The translations under genes and the position numbers were made by a program. Under the pieces are notes generated by a model. The model was not told the DNA's origin. It was given only the letters and a program-made list of their open reading frames with translations, and ran no database searches. DNA of 64,000 nt from Camelus dromedarius (Eukaryota), in assembly GCF_036321535.1 (NCBI RefSeq), contig NC_087436.1, positions 5,208,001 to 5,272,000 of the forward strand, written 5' to 3'. Positions 11,936-25,319 of the stretch are shown here, piece by piece (position 1 is the stretch's first letter; each line of letters begins with the position of its first letter).

Positions 11936-14544
11936 ACAAGCATCTGTACTTCTGCCAAAGAAGAATTAGTCAAGTTTGAGTGACAGTTACCAATTTCATG
12001 AAGACTCAGAACATGACTAGTCATACTCTATTTATTTAGTAACTTTCTTTCTAAAGGGATAAACTGCAAAATCTTGTAAAACTATGAGACATAGTTAACT
12101 TTTTAAAAATTTAAGTATAGTTGATTTACAATGTTGTGTGACTTTCAGGTGCACAGCGGGAAAACATCACAGCAGTAACATCCTTGCTATATTTTATGAG
12201 ACTTTCAAGTTTGTACACTTATTTTTGGGGGGCTCACAGTGGTTGAACAAAACCCAATGAAAATGCCAAAGGAAACCAAGAGAGGGAATAATTCAGTCAC
12301 ATCTGTGGTGACACAGTGACTATGATTCATCTTAGTGTGTCAGGAAGCTGGTGTAACAGAGCGAGATGAGAGAGAGAGAAATTCCACCTTCCAAGCCGTG
12401 TCCTTGCTTGTGCCTTCTCCGTGAAGTGGAATGATCTTTAAACTGAAAACTGGGAGAATGATCATCAAAAAGAATCAGCCCAAGATGGGCTTCACTTTAA
12501 ATGAGTTAAATCTCTAGATCCCGATTAATGGTATTCTATGACTTCATGATTTTAGAACTATTTTAAGTTATGTTTTTTAAAAGTTGCCATTTACTTAGGA
12601 GTACTAGGGGACTCGGAACTGCCTTCCAAAATCTAAGACTGGGAAAAATTTAGGCCTCGGAAATTATGAATTCCACCAAGCAAATAATCCTTTTTTTCCT
12701 AGGGTAATTTGATGGGTAATAAAAAGACCACCACAGAAAAATGTATAAATCCCACAGAGCAATAAAACAAAGCAAGACACGACTGTTACTGGAGATATCT
12801 GAGAAGCGTGGAGAAGGTAACATGTAGTTTAGAGATATTGGTGGGAAACTTGCGCTACACGTCATATGATTAAATACACATCCAGACTCGTGCGTGTGCA
12901 CACACAGATGACACGTGTGTGACCAACCCCACTCAAAGGCAGGAGAAAGGCGAATTATTGTCATTCTGGAAGGCCAGTGAGTCTACGCACTGCCCATGGT
13001 CTTTCCCTGCACATGAATTTTATCTGAGACTTTAAAAACAGATGGCTCACGCTCTGCAGTGACTTTCTGGGTAACCCGAAAACTAATGTAATTTGCAAAG
13101 AAATTTACAAGTCTAGGCTGGAGGAGGAAATGCCTGATCTGAGGACTGAGTCAGCTGACACAAGAAGTATGATCTCGACTGATGAGCTTGTTTCAAAAAG
13201 CTAGTAAGACTACTCTGGGTTTTATAGTTCTTAGGAAGGTGGCGCATAAACCCAAGACTTGTTGGCTCAAATCAGGTCCCCAAATACACTTCGCTTAGTA
13301 AGTACCTGCTTCAGAGAGCTCAAAATGGAATGACTTCAGGTGGGAAAGGAGCCCTCTCGTCAGATCCTTGTGTATCACGCCAGTCACCTCTGCTATCTGC
13401 CTACCCTTAAAGGCATTTTACTTCAGCATGCCTTAGAACTACCACAGGGAGGGTCTTCTCCTGACTAGACTCCCAGTTCACAGCACAGCAACGAAGCCAT
13501 CGCCGGGGCAGAGCTGGCGGGAGCTCCAGTGAGCTCCTGCAACAGGCATGGAGGCTGACCCGGCACAGGGATCTTGAGAAGCGTGCGCTGCAGGAATGAA
13601 AGTGGAACACGAGTGACGGCAGCCCGCAGCCCTGTTTTTAGTCACAGACCGCCAGCTCTGGACGTCCTCTGCTAAATCTCGCCATCTAGTAACTGTCACA
13701 GAATAACACCTCTAGGGAAAACCTGGGAGACTCTCACAGTTCTCCCTCGCTTGACTAAGGTTAAGTGTCCTGCAACTGGTCCCAACAAGGTGATGGTCGA
13801 TCTGGGATCAGGAACCTGGAGCGTTTGTTTTCCCACTTAATCAATTGTCCACACAGTATTGTGAAGGGCATTTCTGACCCCGTGTGTGTTCAGATCACCC
13901 GACAGATGGGGTTTCTTTGACGTCTGCATGCCCAGGAAAAAAAACCACTTAATTTATGAAGCAGATATTTATTTATATTCTTCTTTTACTTAGTAGGAAA
14001 AAAAATAGCTAATGAAGCCATACTGAAATGATGTCAGAAGGCAGATTTTGGCATGGTGTGGTAAAAATTAGTTTGTCAAGAACGTTTTGTAAAAATTAAA
14101 GTTGGCCCATCAAGAGGGATTGCTTCCTGACAGATGAAAGCTACGTGAAGCTGGGGGAGAGAGGGTGGGGTGTCACTAGGGACAACGAAAATCTGAATGT
14201 ACAAATTCTAAGGTTCCCAAGACTCTGAGAAACAGTAACTACTCACATTTAATTTTACATTTTCCTTAATTCCATAGAATAGAGACAGAAGGATGAAGAA
14301 TGCTTGAAAGAGTGAACATATTATTGGGGGCAGCGTGAAAAACAGGATGATATAAATTGTGAATAATAGGACCTATAATTATGAGTATGTCTCTTAGGAT
14401 TTATGTGCCCACAATGCTCCAAATGGAAACATAAATGTCAAAGATCTCTTTTCTCCAAAACAGACGATCATTTACCTCCTCAAGTTTCTCTTGAGAATAT
14501 TATCCCTTCCTATTTCTTTTTTGTACAAGAGATAAAAACCCAGA

Positions 14545-14770
14545 GAAGAAAAAAAGCAAGTTTCTTCTGTATGGCATAGGGAACTACATTTAATATCTTG
14601 TAATAACCTTTAAAGAAAAAGAATATGAAAACAAATATATGTATCTATATGCATGACTGGGACACTGTGCTGTACACCAGAAATTGACACATTGTAATGG
14701 ACTGTACTTCAATAAATAAATAAAGACCTGAAACCACTTAAAAATAAGTAAAAAACAAAAAAACCCCAAC
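14545..14770 (+). mobile_element. LINE-1 3' end (lineage-specific)
   Basis: GGCATAGGGAACTACATTTAATATCTTGTAATAACC...CACCAGAAATTGACACATTGTAA..CTTCAATAAA plus A tail; same family as copies at 21560, 31050, 38730 and 56690. Confidence 0.85.
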
Positions 14771-15029
14771 AACTCCACTGATCATCCATGATGAACTCTT
14801 AGAGGATAAGTTTTCTTAATCCTTGCTGTCTAGGTTTCTGAGTTCAAGGTCCTAATTAAAAATAAAAATAAGATAACAACATGAACTATTTTATAAGCCT
14901 TGTTTCTGTTTTGTTTTCACGAACGCGGCATCTCCTTCCCAACAAGAATCCAGTTCAGATACACTGTTCTGTTCCTGTTTCGGACACACCCCTCCCTCCC
15001 CAGAGCCGCGGCGGGAAGGGCACGCCTAC

Positions 15030-15247
15030 CTCGTGGTACTTCTTGGTGACTTTGCTGGGGACGCACTGGCACTCGCTGCAGGTGTGCAGGCAGCAGGCGC
15101 AGTTCCCGCCGCAGCGCTTGACCAGCAGGCAGCCCGGCCAGAAGATGGTGTCCGCCCTCTTCAGCTCCTCCCTGACGGACACCGAGAAGTTTCTAGGCGT
15201 GCAGCTGTACAGCCTCGCCTCCTCCTTCAGGAGGTTCAGATCCACCG
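15030..15247 (-). CDS. PDGFC: PDGFC coding exon 5 (PDGF/VEGF cystine-knot domain), 218 bp
   Basis: (A)VDLNLLKEEARLYSCTPRNFSVSVREELKRADTIFWPGCLLVKRCGGNCACCLHTCSECQCVPSKVTKKYHE contains the PDGF/VEGF motif PxCxxxxRCxGxC. Acceptor ccccgcag|CG and donor GAG|gtaggc. Confidence 0.98.
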
Positions 15248-18200
15248 CTGCGGGGCACACGGGGGGCAAGCAAGACAGGCGTTCACGCGCTGAGCCGTGC
15301 GCACCTCCGCAGACTCCCTGTCCGCATTCGTGCTCAAGTCTAGCTATTTCACGAACAGCACCCCCCCAGCAGCATCCTCATCACCTTCACCGGGTCTGAG
15401 CGTGAAGCTGCGGGAAGCCTGGCCTCTACGCGATGGTAAAGCAAGCTTCCTACGCCTCAGGGGCCAGTGAAGAGATGGCACTGTACAGAGGGAAGAACAC
15501 AGCCACCCAGAGTCCGGAGCTACAGGCAGGAGACTTCAGAGAGAAAAAGGAGGGCTACACGCGTAACCTTCGTGGAAAAGTGAACAAGGGGATCACTGGA
15601 GGAAGCCTGGAAGGTCCAGCAACGAACGCTTCGATGAAAAGGCAAGTGCAGTTTTTGAAGGATGACAAAGCTCACGCAATTCATGAAGAATGACTTACCA
15701 AACTGGTTAAGAGAAATTTCTACAATCTTTCTGGCAATAAGAATCATAGAGTGTGAAGAGGAATGAGAAGGAATGAATTTCTGAAGAGGGCTGAGTGGAC
15801 CAGGAGTGAAAAAGATACATTAGAAAGGGCAGAAGCATTGGTGTATTGAGTAATTTACGGACTTTGAAATTTAGTGTAACTAGACTCCTTCAGATTTCTC
15901 TTCTTCTAAGGGATGAAAGAATATCTAACTTAGAACCATTGTTATTCTTTTAGCAAGTTGGTTAACTATGTTGTGCCTTATTCTTTAAAAGAATATCTAT
16001 TTGTGAAGACCAAACAGAATTACCTTTCATTAGATTGTTACAGTAAGTTCTCAAAGAGCCACTGTTTTTAACTACAAAATGACACTGAATAACACTTCAT
16101 GTTTAATATGAACTTATATGTAACATGAAGTCGTTGATAATTATTAGGATAAGCATCTCTAATTTAATTTTAATTTCTGCTTTACAGCTTTGCCCTCTTC
16201 CCCTAGAAACATTCAAGAAAAGCAATTCCGATAAAATTGAAGTTCTGAATAACAGACAATTCATCAAAGCTCTTCTTTCCTCAAACTAGAGCTTTTGTTA
16301 AAATTTAGGAACACTATCTAAAATAAAATAAATCTGGCTAAAAACCTTTTTACTAATATTGGGAACATTACAAATAATAGGTTCTGGCTAAAGAGCGCTT
16401 CAGATAATAATAATCACTCTGTAACCCAGTTTTAAAAATTGTGCCAACATGTTTTTAAATACTTTTAAAACGACAAGGTAATTAAAAATCAAATGCTTAT
16501 TTTCTTAGCTATGTTATATTTGTATTATGTGGTCAAGTTTTTCTAAAATGTCAAAGGAAGCCAATATAAGTATTTTCAAAAAATATGTTATAGATTATGC
16601 ATGTGCAACTGTAAATTAAAAGTGCCTATAAACTATATGGTTTACTATATGGTTGACTAAAACCTTGCTCAGGTAGAGGGAAACACCAAAGAAATGTTAA
16701 TTCAATTGGCTCATTTCAACACCTTATTCAGCTAAAAATTGTTTTCTCCACTGCAAAAGAAAAATCACTGTTTTATCTCAACAGCTAAAGATTTCCTTTT
16801 TATCGGAAAACTGGTCCTGTGAAAGGATAGCTTTTCAATTTTTAAGAGGAAATGAGTTTATTCTTTTTGAGTGTCATAAAAGGCCAGCTTATCCCTAATA
16901 AAATTAATGAGATAATTAGGTTAAACGATGTCACGCATTTTACCTGATTTCATTTTGCTGAACTAACAGTCCGTGTGCACATTACTCTTCTGCTGCCGAA
17001 CGGCAGATGAGTGTCTTTAACTCTTTTCTCTGGAAGTTAGTACTGAGGCCGGGGGAGAGCAAGCCTAAAGCAGGCACACACCTACCAAAGCCGGCTGCCA
17101 ACATTTTTAATGCTTATTGAAGATTTATGCTTCTTTATGCCGTGAATGAAGCTCTTAACTTGCAAAAGCTATTCATCTACCTCAAAGAGTTTGAAGCAGA
17201 CTATTTCATGAAACTAGAAAATGAGACTGTGTATGTTCCCTTTCAAATGTTTACTTAACCACAATAAAAGGTTAGATGGATTTCCCAAGGGAACGAAGTT
17301 AGGGTACCTGCTACAATGTGAAAATTTAAACACGCTTTCAACCTCACTTCCACTCATTTATCATGTTTGACACAAAAGTCAAAAGCCCTTTTTAAAGTAC
17401 TAGTTAAGCTTGACTTAGAAAATATGGTGTTTTTCTTTTTTTTCGGCAGGAATAAGGTATGAATGAAAACCCTGAACCAGAGGAAGGCAGGGCAAATAAA
17501 GGAACGGAAAAAACATTAATGCAGTGCACCCTGGGCTGAGAATGCAAGGAAGGACCTTCAGTCTGGCATATCTCATTTGAAATTCTGGTTTCCTGCTTTC
17601 AGGGCTTCAAACTCATCTAGGCCTCATTAAAGTTAAGTCACATGACTACAACTTGGTGTCATAAATTCTCCAAACGGGCAGAACGTCTAGGCAGCAAAGA
17701 GACAGAGAAAGAGGGATCATGTACCAACACATACGTTTAAAAATAACTCAAATATTTTGAAGTTTCTCCCTGCAAAATATTTGTAAAGTAAAACTTGGCC
17801 TTCAGAAGTTTTATTTCCTTTTCATAACTGTTCCCTAAGACAGTACATGCATTAGCCTGTCTTTCTGAAGAAGGAAGATTTTCAGCCTGTCATCAATGAA
17901 GACTTATGTTTCTAATGCGTATTTTCTTGTTCAGACGCAGAAATATTGCAGGTTTTACTAAAAAGGATAATACTGTTTGAAAAAAATTTATGATCACATT
18001 TTACTTTGTGTTCATTCTCTTAAGATAGTCAGTCCAAAAGTATTCTATTACTATAATGCAATCTGAGGGTGGTCCTTCTAAGATGAATGTGGTAACACTG
18101 TGATATGTTTATTCTGTGGAAAATCTATTTCAGTGTTTAATTAGAAGCTTTTAAACGTTTTTACTCCTGGTTCCTTTGTAGAAAGGCTCTTGGGAGGGGA

Positions 18201-19862
18201 GTTGGTTTTGTCTACATAGATGTTATCTCACACCTGCGTTTTAGTTTATGTAAAGTTCCAAAAATATACACTGCTTTTCTCACACTTACTGTATGCTTAA
18301 AAAAGTTAATAGCTTTGGCAAACTGCAAAGGGCTTCAATTTGGAAAGTGTTCAACGAATATTTGAAAGATCTGATGCGGTGGGTGCTGGACCTTTTAAAT
18401 ACACGCTAGCCGCTGGCCAAACCCTCACTGAGCACCCAGAGCAGAGAGAGATACAGGCAAAAGAGGCATGGCCAGAAGGGAGGTTAGCAGGCTTGAATCC
18501 CTAGGTCAGCTGTCAAAAAACTAGATCAGAGCTCAGAAGCCTGTTGACTCCCTCTGCTCCTTACAGATCTGCATGAAAATCTACTTCAAATTTGCTCACA
18601 AAAGCTCTATTCATGGTGTTTCAGCTAGCCTTGCAGGTCTGCATTTTTCCCCTGTTCCTGAGTGGGAGGGGAGGGAAGTGTTGCTCGTAAGTTATTCATC
18701 AAGATCAAATCTTATAAATATGTAACAGCTTTCAGCATCTGGACAAGATTCAGCTGCCTATGGACTTGAACCGCGATTCCAAATATCGCTGAGGGAAACA
18801 GCCAAATACCATGGCTGGGCAAGTCGGAACAGCACCCACGGAGCTGAAAGTTCCTGGGGCAGAAAGGCTGCACCTCTAAGCAGGAAAGGGCAGGAATCCG
18901 GTTTCTTTCCGAAGAAGAACACGCCTGATGCAATCTGCCCTTGTGAGTTGCTGAAATTAACACTGCTGTTTCTACAGACACTCTTCAGACTGTCTGTCCC
19001 TTCTTTAAAGTGACCCTGGGTAGATTTCAATGTGTCTGACAGACTGAAACAGATTTTTGCATTCTAATTACCCAGTTAACATTTTCATCTGTGTCTGACC
19101 GGGATGCTTTCCAGTTCCAATGGTACTGGGAAGATAAGCCAGCCTTTGAGCAAACTCGGCTGGCATTATTTCCAATATCTTGACTATGTGGAATTAAGTT
19201 TAATTATCAACACTTTCACTGTTGAAGGGAGATGAGCTCAAACAGTCAGAAGTGATCATTTTGGAAGCATCACGCAGGGAGCAATTACCACCATGTGGGC
19301 TCCTCCAGGCCATTATTTTCTTACAGTGCACCCTAATCTTGGAAACTACTAGTTCTAGTTTATGACAAGCCACTGTTATTTTTCACATTATTTTCAGAAG
19401 TTTCTAGGCTTAGGAAATGGGAATTGATATAATCCTGACTCAGGGACATGTGGACAACGATTTTAATTGAGTTTTCCACTTTTCTAGCCCCAAACTTCGG
19501 TTAGCAGCTACAATAATCTCCCTTGAGTCTCTAAATCCATTTACCTCCCCATATTAAATTTGAAGAAGCAATGATTCTGGTGAAATGTAACAGAAGACTT
19601 CATCAAAATATTTTTGCATGAAAGAAATGAGAATTCTCAGCAAAAGCATCTCTTTAAATCTTCCAAGCCCACTACGTCAGGGCCTCCTTCTGTAGGTTTT
19701 CTTATTTCACAGGTAAAGAGGCTAACGTGTTATGACAATGGATTGTTTAAATATCTCACGGGAGAATTTCAAACTCGACTCATCCAAAGGTGGGGCAGAA
19801 GAATCTGAAACATTAGCTGTGGAGAAAATTAAATGAGGTTCTAACCTGAAGAGGGTGCTTAC

Positions 19863-20070
19863 CTCTGGACTTCCTCCCAAAAACAAAAGCTTTGCCCAGC
19901 AGTTGCCAAGTTGGCCTGTACAGGTCTTCCAAGTCCAACTGCCATCTGTCTGGTTCAAGATACCGAATCAGGTCTTCCAAGGTACTGAAGGCAGTGACCG
20001 CGTTATTAAGGAGGTCCAGGGGCAGGGCCGCGGCGGGCAACACTGAAGGACTCACGGTTTCTGTGAACTG
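19863..20070 (-). CDS. PDGFC: PDGFC coding exon 4 (hinge region with RKSR protease site), 208 bp
   Basis: QFTETVSPSVLPAAALPLDLLNNAVTAFSTLEDLIRYLEPDRWQLDLEDLYRPTWQLLGKAFVFGRKSR. Acceptor ttcctttcag|CAG and donor AGA G|gtaagc. Confidence 0.97.
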
Positions 20071-20539
20071 CTGAAAGGAAAACGGACCTATGTCAACTGT
20101 TTTAAAAGGGACAACGGGCTCCTTCCGGGCTCATGTGTGAAGTTAGGTAGGTGGCTGAAGACCAGGCTGAAAACCCCCAGAGGTGAAATTATGTTCAGCC
20201 CCAGCGAGCAGCCATTCCTTCACAAAGACTTCATGGAGATGAACTTGGACAGGGCCTCTGTGGGAAAAGATTTTCAACGGGAAAGACGTTCACTTTCCTC
20301 ACCACAAACCATGGTGGGTGTGGGTCTCTGGTGTCTGAACAAAAAAGAAAACATCTCAATGGTTCAGGTAGGGACTTATACAATGGAAGCCCGTACAGAG
20401 TCTACCCAATTTTTTTGTTTCCACTTTTCACTCTCCTCATTCTGGAAAATCACCTGGTTGTTACACAAATGAGTGTCAGTTGAATTAAAAATTTATTATA
20501 AAGCAATTAACCTGTAAAGAATTACAAGAAAATACAGCT

Positions 20540-21250
20540 GAGAGCCTATGACACTGGAGAACTTGGCAATCAAAATAAAAAACACCCAAAACATAAGAGA
20601 TAACTTTAATAAATTTGCCTAAATTTTATACTATACAAGAATCAAAATCCAGATACTGGGAGAACACGTTGGCAATCCATATACCTGTCACAGGATAGAA
20701 TATGTATTAAAAAAAAAGACAAATAACAGAAAATGGGCAAATTTCAGGTAAGAAGCTTGAATGGCCACTGGATGTACAAAAACATGCTAAAATTCATTAG
20801 TTATCAGAGAAATGCAAAACAAAGAGGTATTTCAAAAAAAAGGAGATACCATTTCACTTCCATGAGCTTGGCAAGCACGTAAAAGAAAGGACTGCCAAGG
20901 ATGCAGGTAAATTGAATCTCTCTGCTCTGCCTGCAGAAGTGAGTGTAGGTTGGTACCACTTTGGTGGATGTAACTGATGGACACAGGATGCTAGAGTTGA
21001 AGGTGCGTCTGTCCCAGGGCCCTGTAATTCACTTTGGAGGTTTGTATCCTTTTATTTGTACCCTTGGAAATACGTGCACGTGAATATCAAGTCATCACAG
21101 TATTGAAAAGGAGAAAAAGTGAAAACCCCCTAAATGTCCAGGTCTAGAGCAATAGATTAAAATACACCATTTGAAACAGCAAGCACCAAAAGGAGGCGAT
21201 AGTTTCAGGAAAAGTTCGATTAGAAACATTAGAAACTGCCTCCCAATTTT
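20540..21250 (+). mobile_element. Ancient L1 (L1ME-like) fragment
   Basis: Degenerate ORF2-end motifs TCATTAGTTATCAGAGAAATGCAAAAC and AGATACCATTTCAC. Confidence 0.6.
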
Positions 21251-21559
21251 TATAGTGGACTATGGATGGGGAGTGGGAGATACGAACCAAAATCAAAACA
21301 GGCCAAAAAAATAAGGAACAAAGGCTCCACTGAGTTTTTTTAATTAATTAGTTTATTTGCAGGGAAGGGAGAAAAATCATATTAAATAAAATATTTATGT
21401 TGACTATGTTGACTGGTGCTTATCAGAATAGCATTTATAGTAACAAAACATTGATAAAGATCTAAATTTACGATAGTGGAATAGTTAACAACGCTGTACT
21501 CTTAAGGTGAAATACTGTACAGGCATTAAAAATGAGGACTTCTAGGATTTTTTTTTTAT

Positions 21560-21760
21560 TAAAATAAACAAATTTCTTCCGTACAGCACAGGGAACTATA
21601 TTCAATTTCTTGTAATAATCTTTAATGAAAAAGAATATGAAAAGGAATATATGTATGTATATGGGTGACTGGGACATGGTGCTGCACACCAGAAACTGAC
21701 ACATTGTAACTGATTGTACTTCAATTAAAAACAACAACAAAAGAACAACAAAAACAGAAA
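21560..21760 (+). mobile_element. LINE-1 3' end
   Basis: TACAGCACAGGGAACTATATTCAA...GTACTTCAATTAAAA with an (AAC)-rich tail. Confidence 0.85.
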
Positions 21761-22219
21761 TGGCCACTAGGTAGTAAATTACAAGAAATCCAAGCTATAT
21801 AAAACAGAACATTAATATACCATGATTCTTTGACACACATTAATTGAAATAAAACAAAAAAAATCAAAAGTGCCAAATATGCCAAGAGTTTTCATCTCTG
21901 GTTTTAATGAGAATGGGTGATTTTAATTTTCTTCCATATACTATCCATGTTTTCAGCATTTTCTGTATGATAAGTCTGGATTCTTTTTGAGGACCAGGTA
22001 AAAATGATAACATTTGCTATAATAAAAAAAAGATCCTATTAGGTCCTCCCATTTCTTGGATGTCAGGTAGAGACCGACAACCATGGATGACACAGAGCAG
22101 CCTTGAACTGTTCCTTGCTTCAGTCTGTCCTTACTGCTTTTATTTCGTGCTGCATAACCTTGGGTTAATCTACCTAAAACAAGTTATTGCTGGTCATGTG
22201 ATGAATTTGGACAAACGCC

Positions 22220-22560
22220 TAGAGTGATCTCTTATCTGGAGGATAAAATCCAAATTCCTTCCCCTGCACTAAGGATCCTCACTGTCTGACCTCGCTCGCC
22301 TTCCCACCTAATCCTCAGATCATCAAAGACAAGCACTTTGTGTCCGGATCAGTCTAGTCTGTTCACAAGCTGCCGCACAGGTCACATGCGTCTCAGACCT
22401 TGTACCTTCCCCCCTGCCCCTGTGGGCAAGACTCTCTCTCCCTCTTGTGAGCTACAGAAGAAACTTTTACACTTGCAACAGCCTTTCTTGAAACGCAGCG
22501 TATCCCTGAAACCCTTCTCAGTGCCGTCACCATCCCCTACATCTCAGCTGTGTCAAACTG
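22220..22560 (-). mobile_element. L2 fragment
   Basis: GGATAAAATCCAAATTCCTT...CTGTCTGACCTCG...CCTGAAACCCTTCTC resembles the L2 3' region; diverged. Confidence 0.5.
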
Positions 22561-22799
22561 GAAACACCTCCTCTCCTCTCCAGGCTGTCCCAAGGGGAAG
22601 AGGCTGGAAAAGCAGAAGCTGGTCTGTCAGTCAGGAAGAAGGACATCTGTCCTCTGGGGCAGACCCTGCCCCTGCTGGGACTCACGCTCTGTGGGCGTGG
22701 GGCCCCGCTTTGCCACGGTGGGGAAGCGGGGCAGTTTTACAGAAAAAATAATTGGCAGAAATTAATGTGGCAGTCTTGGGTCAACACTGATTTTATCGT

Positions 22800-23296
22800 T
22801 ATTTAAATTTTTTTAAATTTAAATTTATTATTTATTTATTTATTTTTACAATGTTGTGTCAATTTCTGGTTTCAGTCATCCATGTACATACATATATTTG
22901 TTTTCCTATTCTTTTTCATTCTAGGTTACTACAAGATATTAAATATAGTTCCCTGTGCTCTACAGTATAAACTTGTTATGTATCTTGTATATAGGCATTA
23001 GCATCTGCACATCTCAATCTCTCATCTTATCCTGTCCCACCCCCTTCCCCCCTGGTAACCAAAAGTTTGTTCTCTATGTCTGTTAGTCTGTTTCTATTTT
23101 ATAAATAAGTTCATTTGTGTCTTTTTTAAAGTTCCACATATGAGTGATATCATATGGTATTTTTCTTTCTCTTTCTGGCTTACTTCACTTAGAATGGCAT
23201 TCTCCAGGTCTATCCATGTTGCTGCAAATGGCATTGTTTTATTCTTTTTTATGGCAGAGTAGTATTCTGCTGTATAAATGTACCACAACTTCTTTC
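22800..23296 (-). mobile_element. LINE-1 3' fragment
   Basis: Minus-strand [32 protein letters not shown] matches the L1 ORF2 C-terminus, followed by the 3' UTR and a T-rich tail on plus. Confidence 0.9.
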
Positions 23297-25319
23297 TTAT
23301 TTTAAATCTCTATTTTTAAAAATGTCAAGATTCTGGCTAAAATATTAGCACTAAGCTATTTTCAATTATTCTCTCCAACCTTAAGAGTATAAACCAAACT
23401 GAATATATTTGTCTTCACTCCTAGTAATTTTCTCATTGTCCAAGAAATGCAAAACTGCTTTGATAGGGAGTGCTATTATGATTGATAACTACAGTATAGC
23501 TGTAAATAAGCAATTATCTAATAAAAGTTTTCATGATGAATTTAACCATTCTGGTTAATATTGATTCCACTTATAATCTGAAAAAGTTAATGCAGTTTCT
23601 TTTGCAGATTTTTAAACTATAAGCCAAAATGTGTATGTTTATATAAAGGGAGAATTAAGGCTCAGAGATGCTCAAAGAATAAGTGAGTTACTACTCACGA
23701 CTATGATGATACAAAATAAAGGGAATGTGTCGATCTGCATGAAGGGAGTAAACAGCACACAAAGCCAATACAAAAAGTGTATATTCAGTTATATAGTGAT
23801 TAACTGAATCACTTTGCTGGACACCTGAAACTAACACTGTACATCAATTACATTTCAAAAAAATTTTTTTAAAGTATATACTGTTCATTGAGGTGTCAGA
23901 GTGCAGATGAGTATTTCAGATATGATATAACATTGTTATTAAAGGTATGGATTTGGCTTATCTGCTTCCACATCTGCTGGAAAGGTACAGAGCATTCCTT
24001 CAGAAGCAATGAAATGTTCCAACTGAAGGCAGTATTGGGGAGATAAGGTTGAAAGAAGTTCTACAAAAGGAAGCAAAACAAAATTAAGTCCGTGATGTGG
24101 GACAAACAGAATATGCACATCTTGGGTTCAGTGAAGTATCAGACATCAATCCCCTCCAATGACAAAGGCTGGAAAAAAATAACTCAGCAAATGCTACTGC
24201 AGGCATATACTAGTTGCTACTATTAACCTCCATGCTTTTAAATATTTAAATTAAAATAAGATACAGTTTTAAGAAGATCACCACACACCCACACATTTCA
24301 AGCACACCCAGCAGTCCCCACCCAAAAAAGCAGGAGCGGAGAATGAACTCACTTCCGCTGGATTCAAAGATTCAACCCTGGGACAGAACAGAGAAAGCCA
24401 GTGCTTTTATTTTTTAAGGGTTTTCTTATGACTGTCACCCCACCCACTGGTTCAAGGAACAATTGAGTTGTTCACTTGTGAAGTTCTGCTTTTTGAAGCT
24501 GTCTACAGGGATTTTCAGAGAAAAGGGGGAGCAATGGAAAAAAAATAAAAAGAAGTTGGAGGAGAAAAACACCGTTTACTATTTTTTAAGTTTTAATTTT
24601 TCTTCTAACCAAAGCCTCCCTGCCCTCCTTTACTTACTATCTAGAAAATTCCAACAATGTCTTAGCTGTATAAAAACGCTGATGATTGGGCCAAGTGCCT
24701 CCAAGTGAAAACTGGATTTGCACACCCCCACCCCGTATCTCAGTTGCCATGAAAACTGACGCGCGTTCGAGGTGACAGATTGCTCTGGGGCTACTGAGTG
24801 AGTGACCGTGGTCAGCAATGGAAGGCAGAGTCTTGGTTCTGTAACATACATCACTAACTTAATCCACGCCCCTGCTTAGTAAGCCAGAAGGAAGCTTTTC
24901 TGCTCTGACCTGCAGGGTGGCAGCAAGCCCCTGGGTGGATGACCCGTTCGGGTACAGCACTTTGGGAGGACAGATGGTGGAAGACCAGAAGACAGATCTG
25001 AAACCTCGATGCAGCTGAGCTGTCCTGCCCAAGCACGCATTTCTAAAACGTCGGGCACGTGGCCATGATCCTACACACGGTGAGGTCGTGTAAGTTCTTT
25101 GGGGAGAGTCGCCCCGAGTGGTAGCTCGATATGAAAGAAGCCCCTGATCGGGAGTCGGGGAGCCTGCAGGGACCCAGAAACTGTGGCACCAGGAAAGGGA
25201 TCTGAGCCAATCCGGTAGCCCCATCAGCCTCCGTTTCCTCCTCTGTAAAGCATGGCTGCTAAACTCAGTCACCTTTAAGTTCCTCTTCAGCTTTTAAATT
25301 TAAGAATTCTAGGTAATCG

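Noticed and set aside
14881..15399. 172-aa plus-strand ORF
   Set aside because: Antisense shadow of high-GC3 exon 5.
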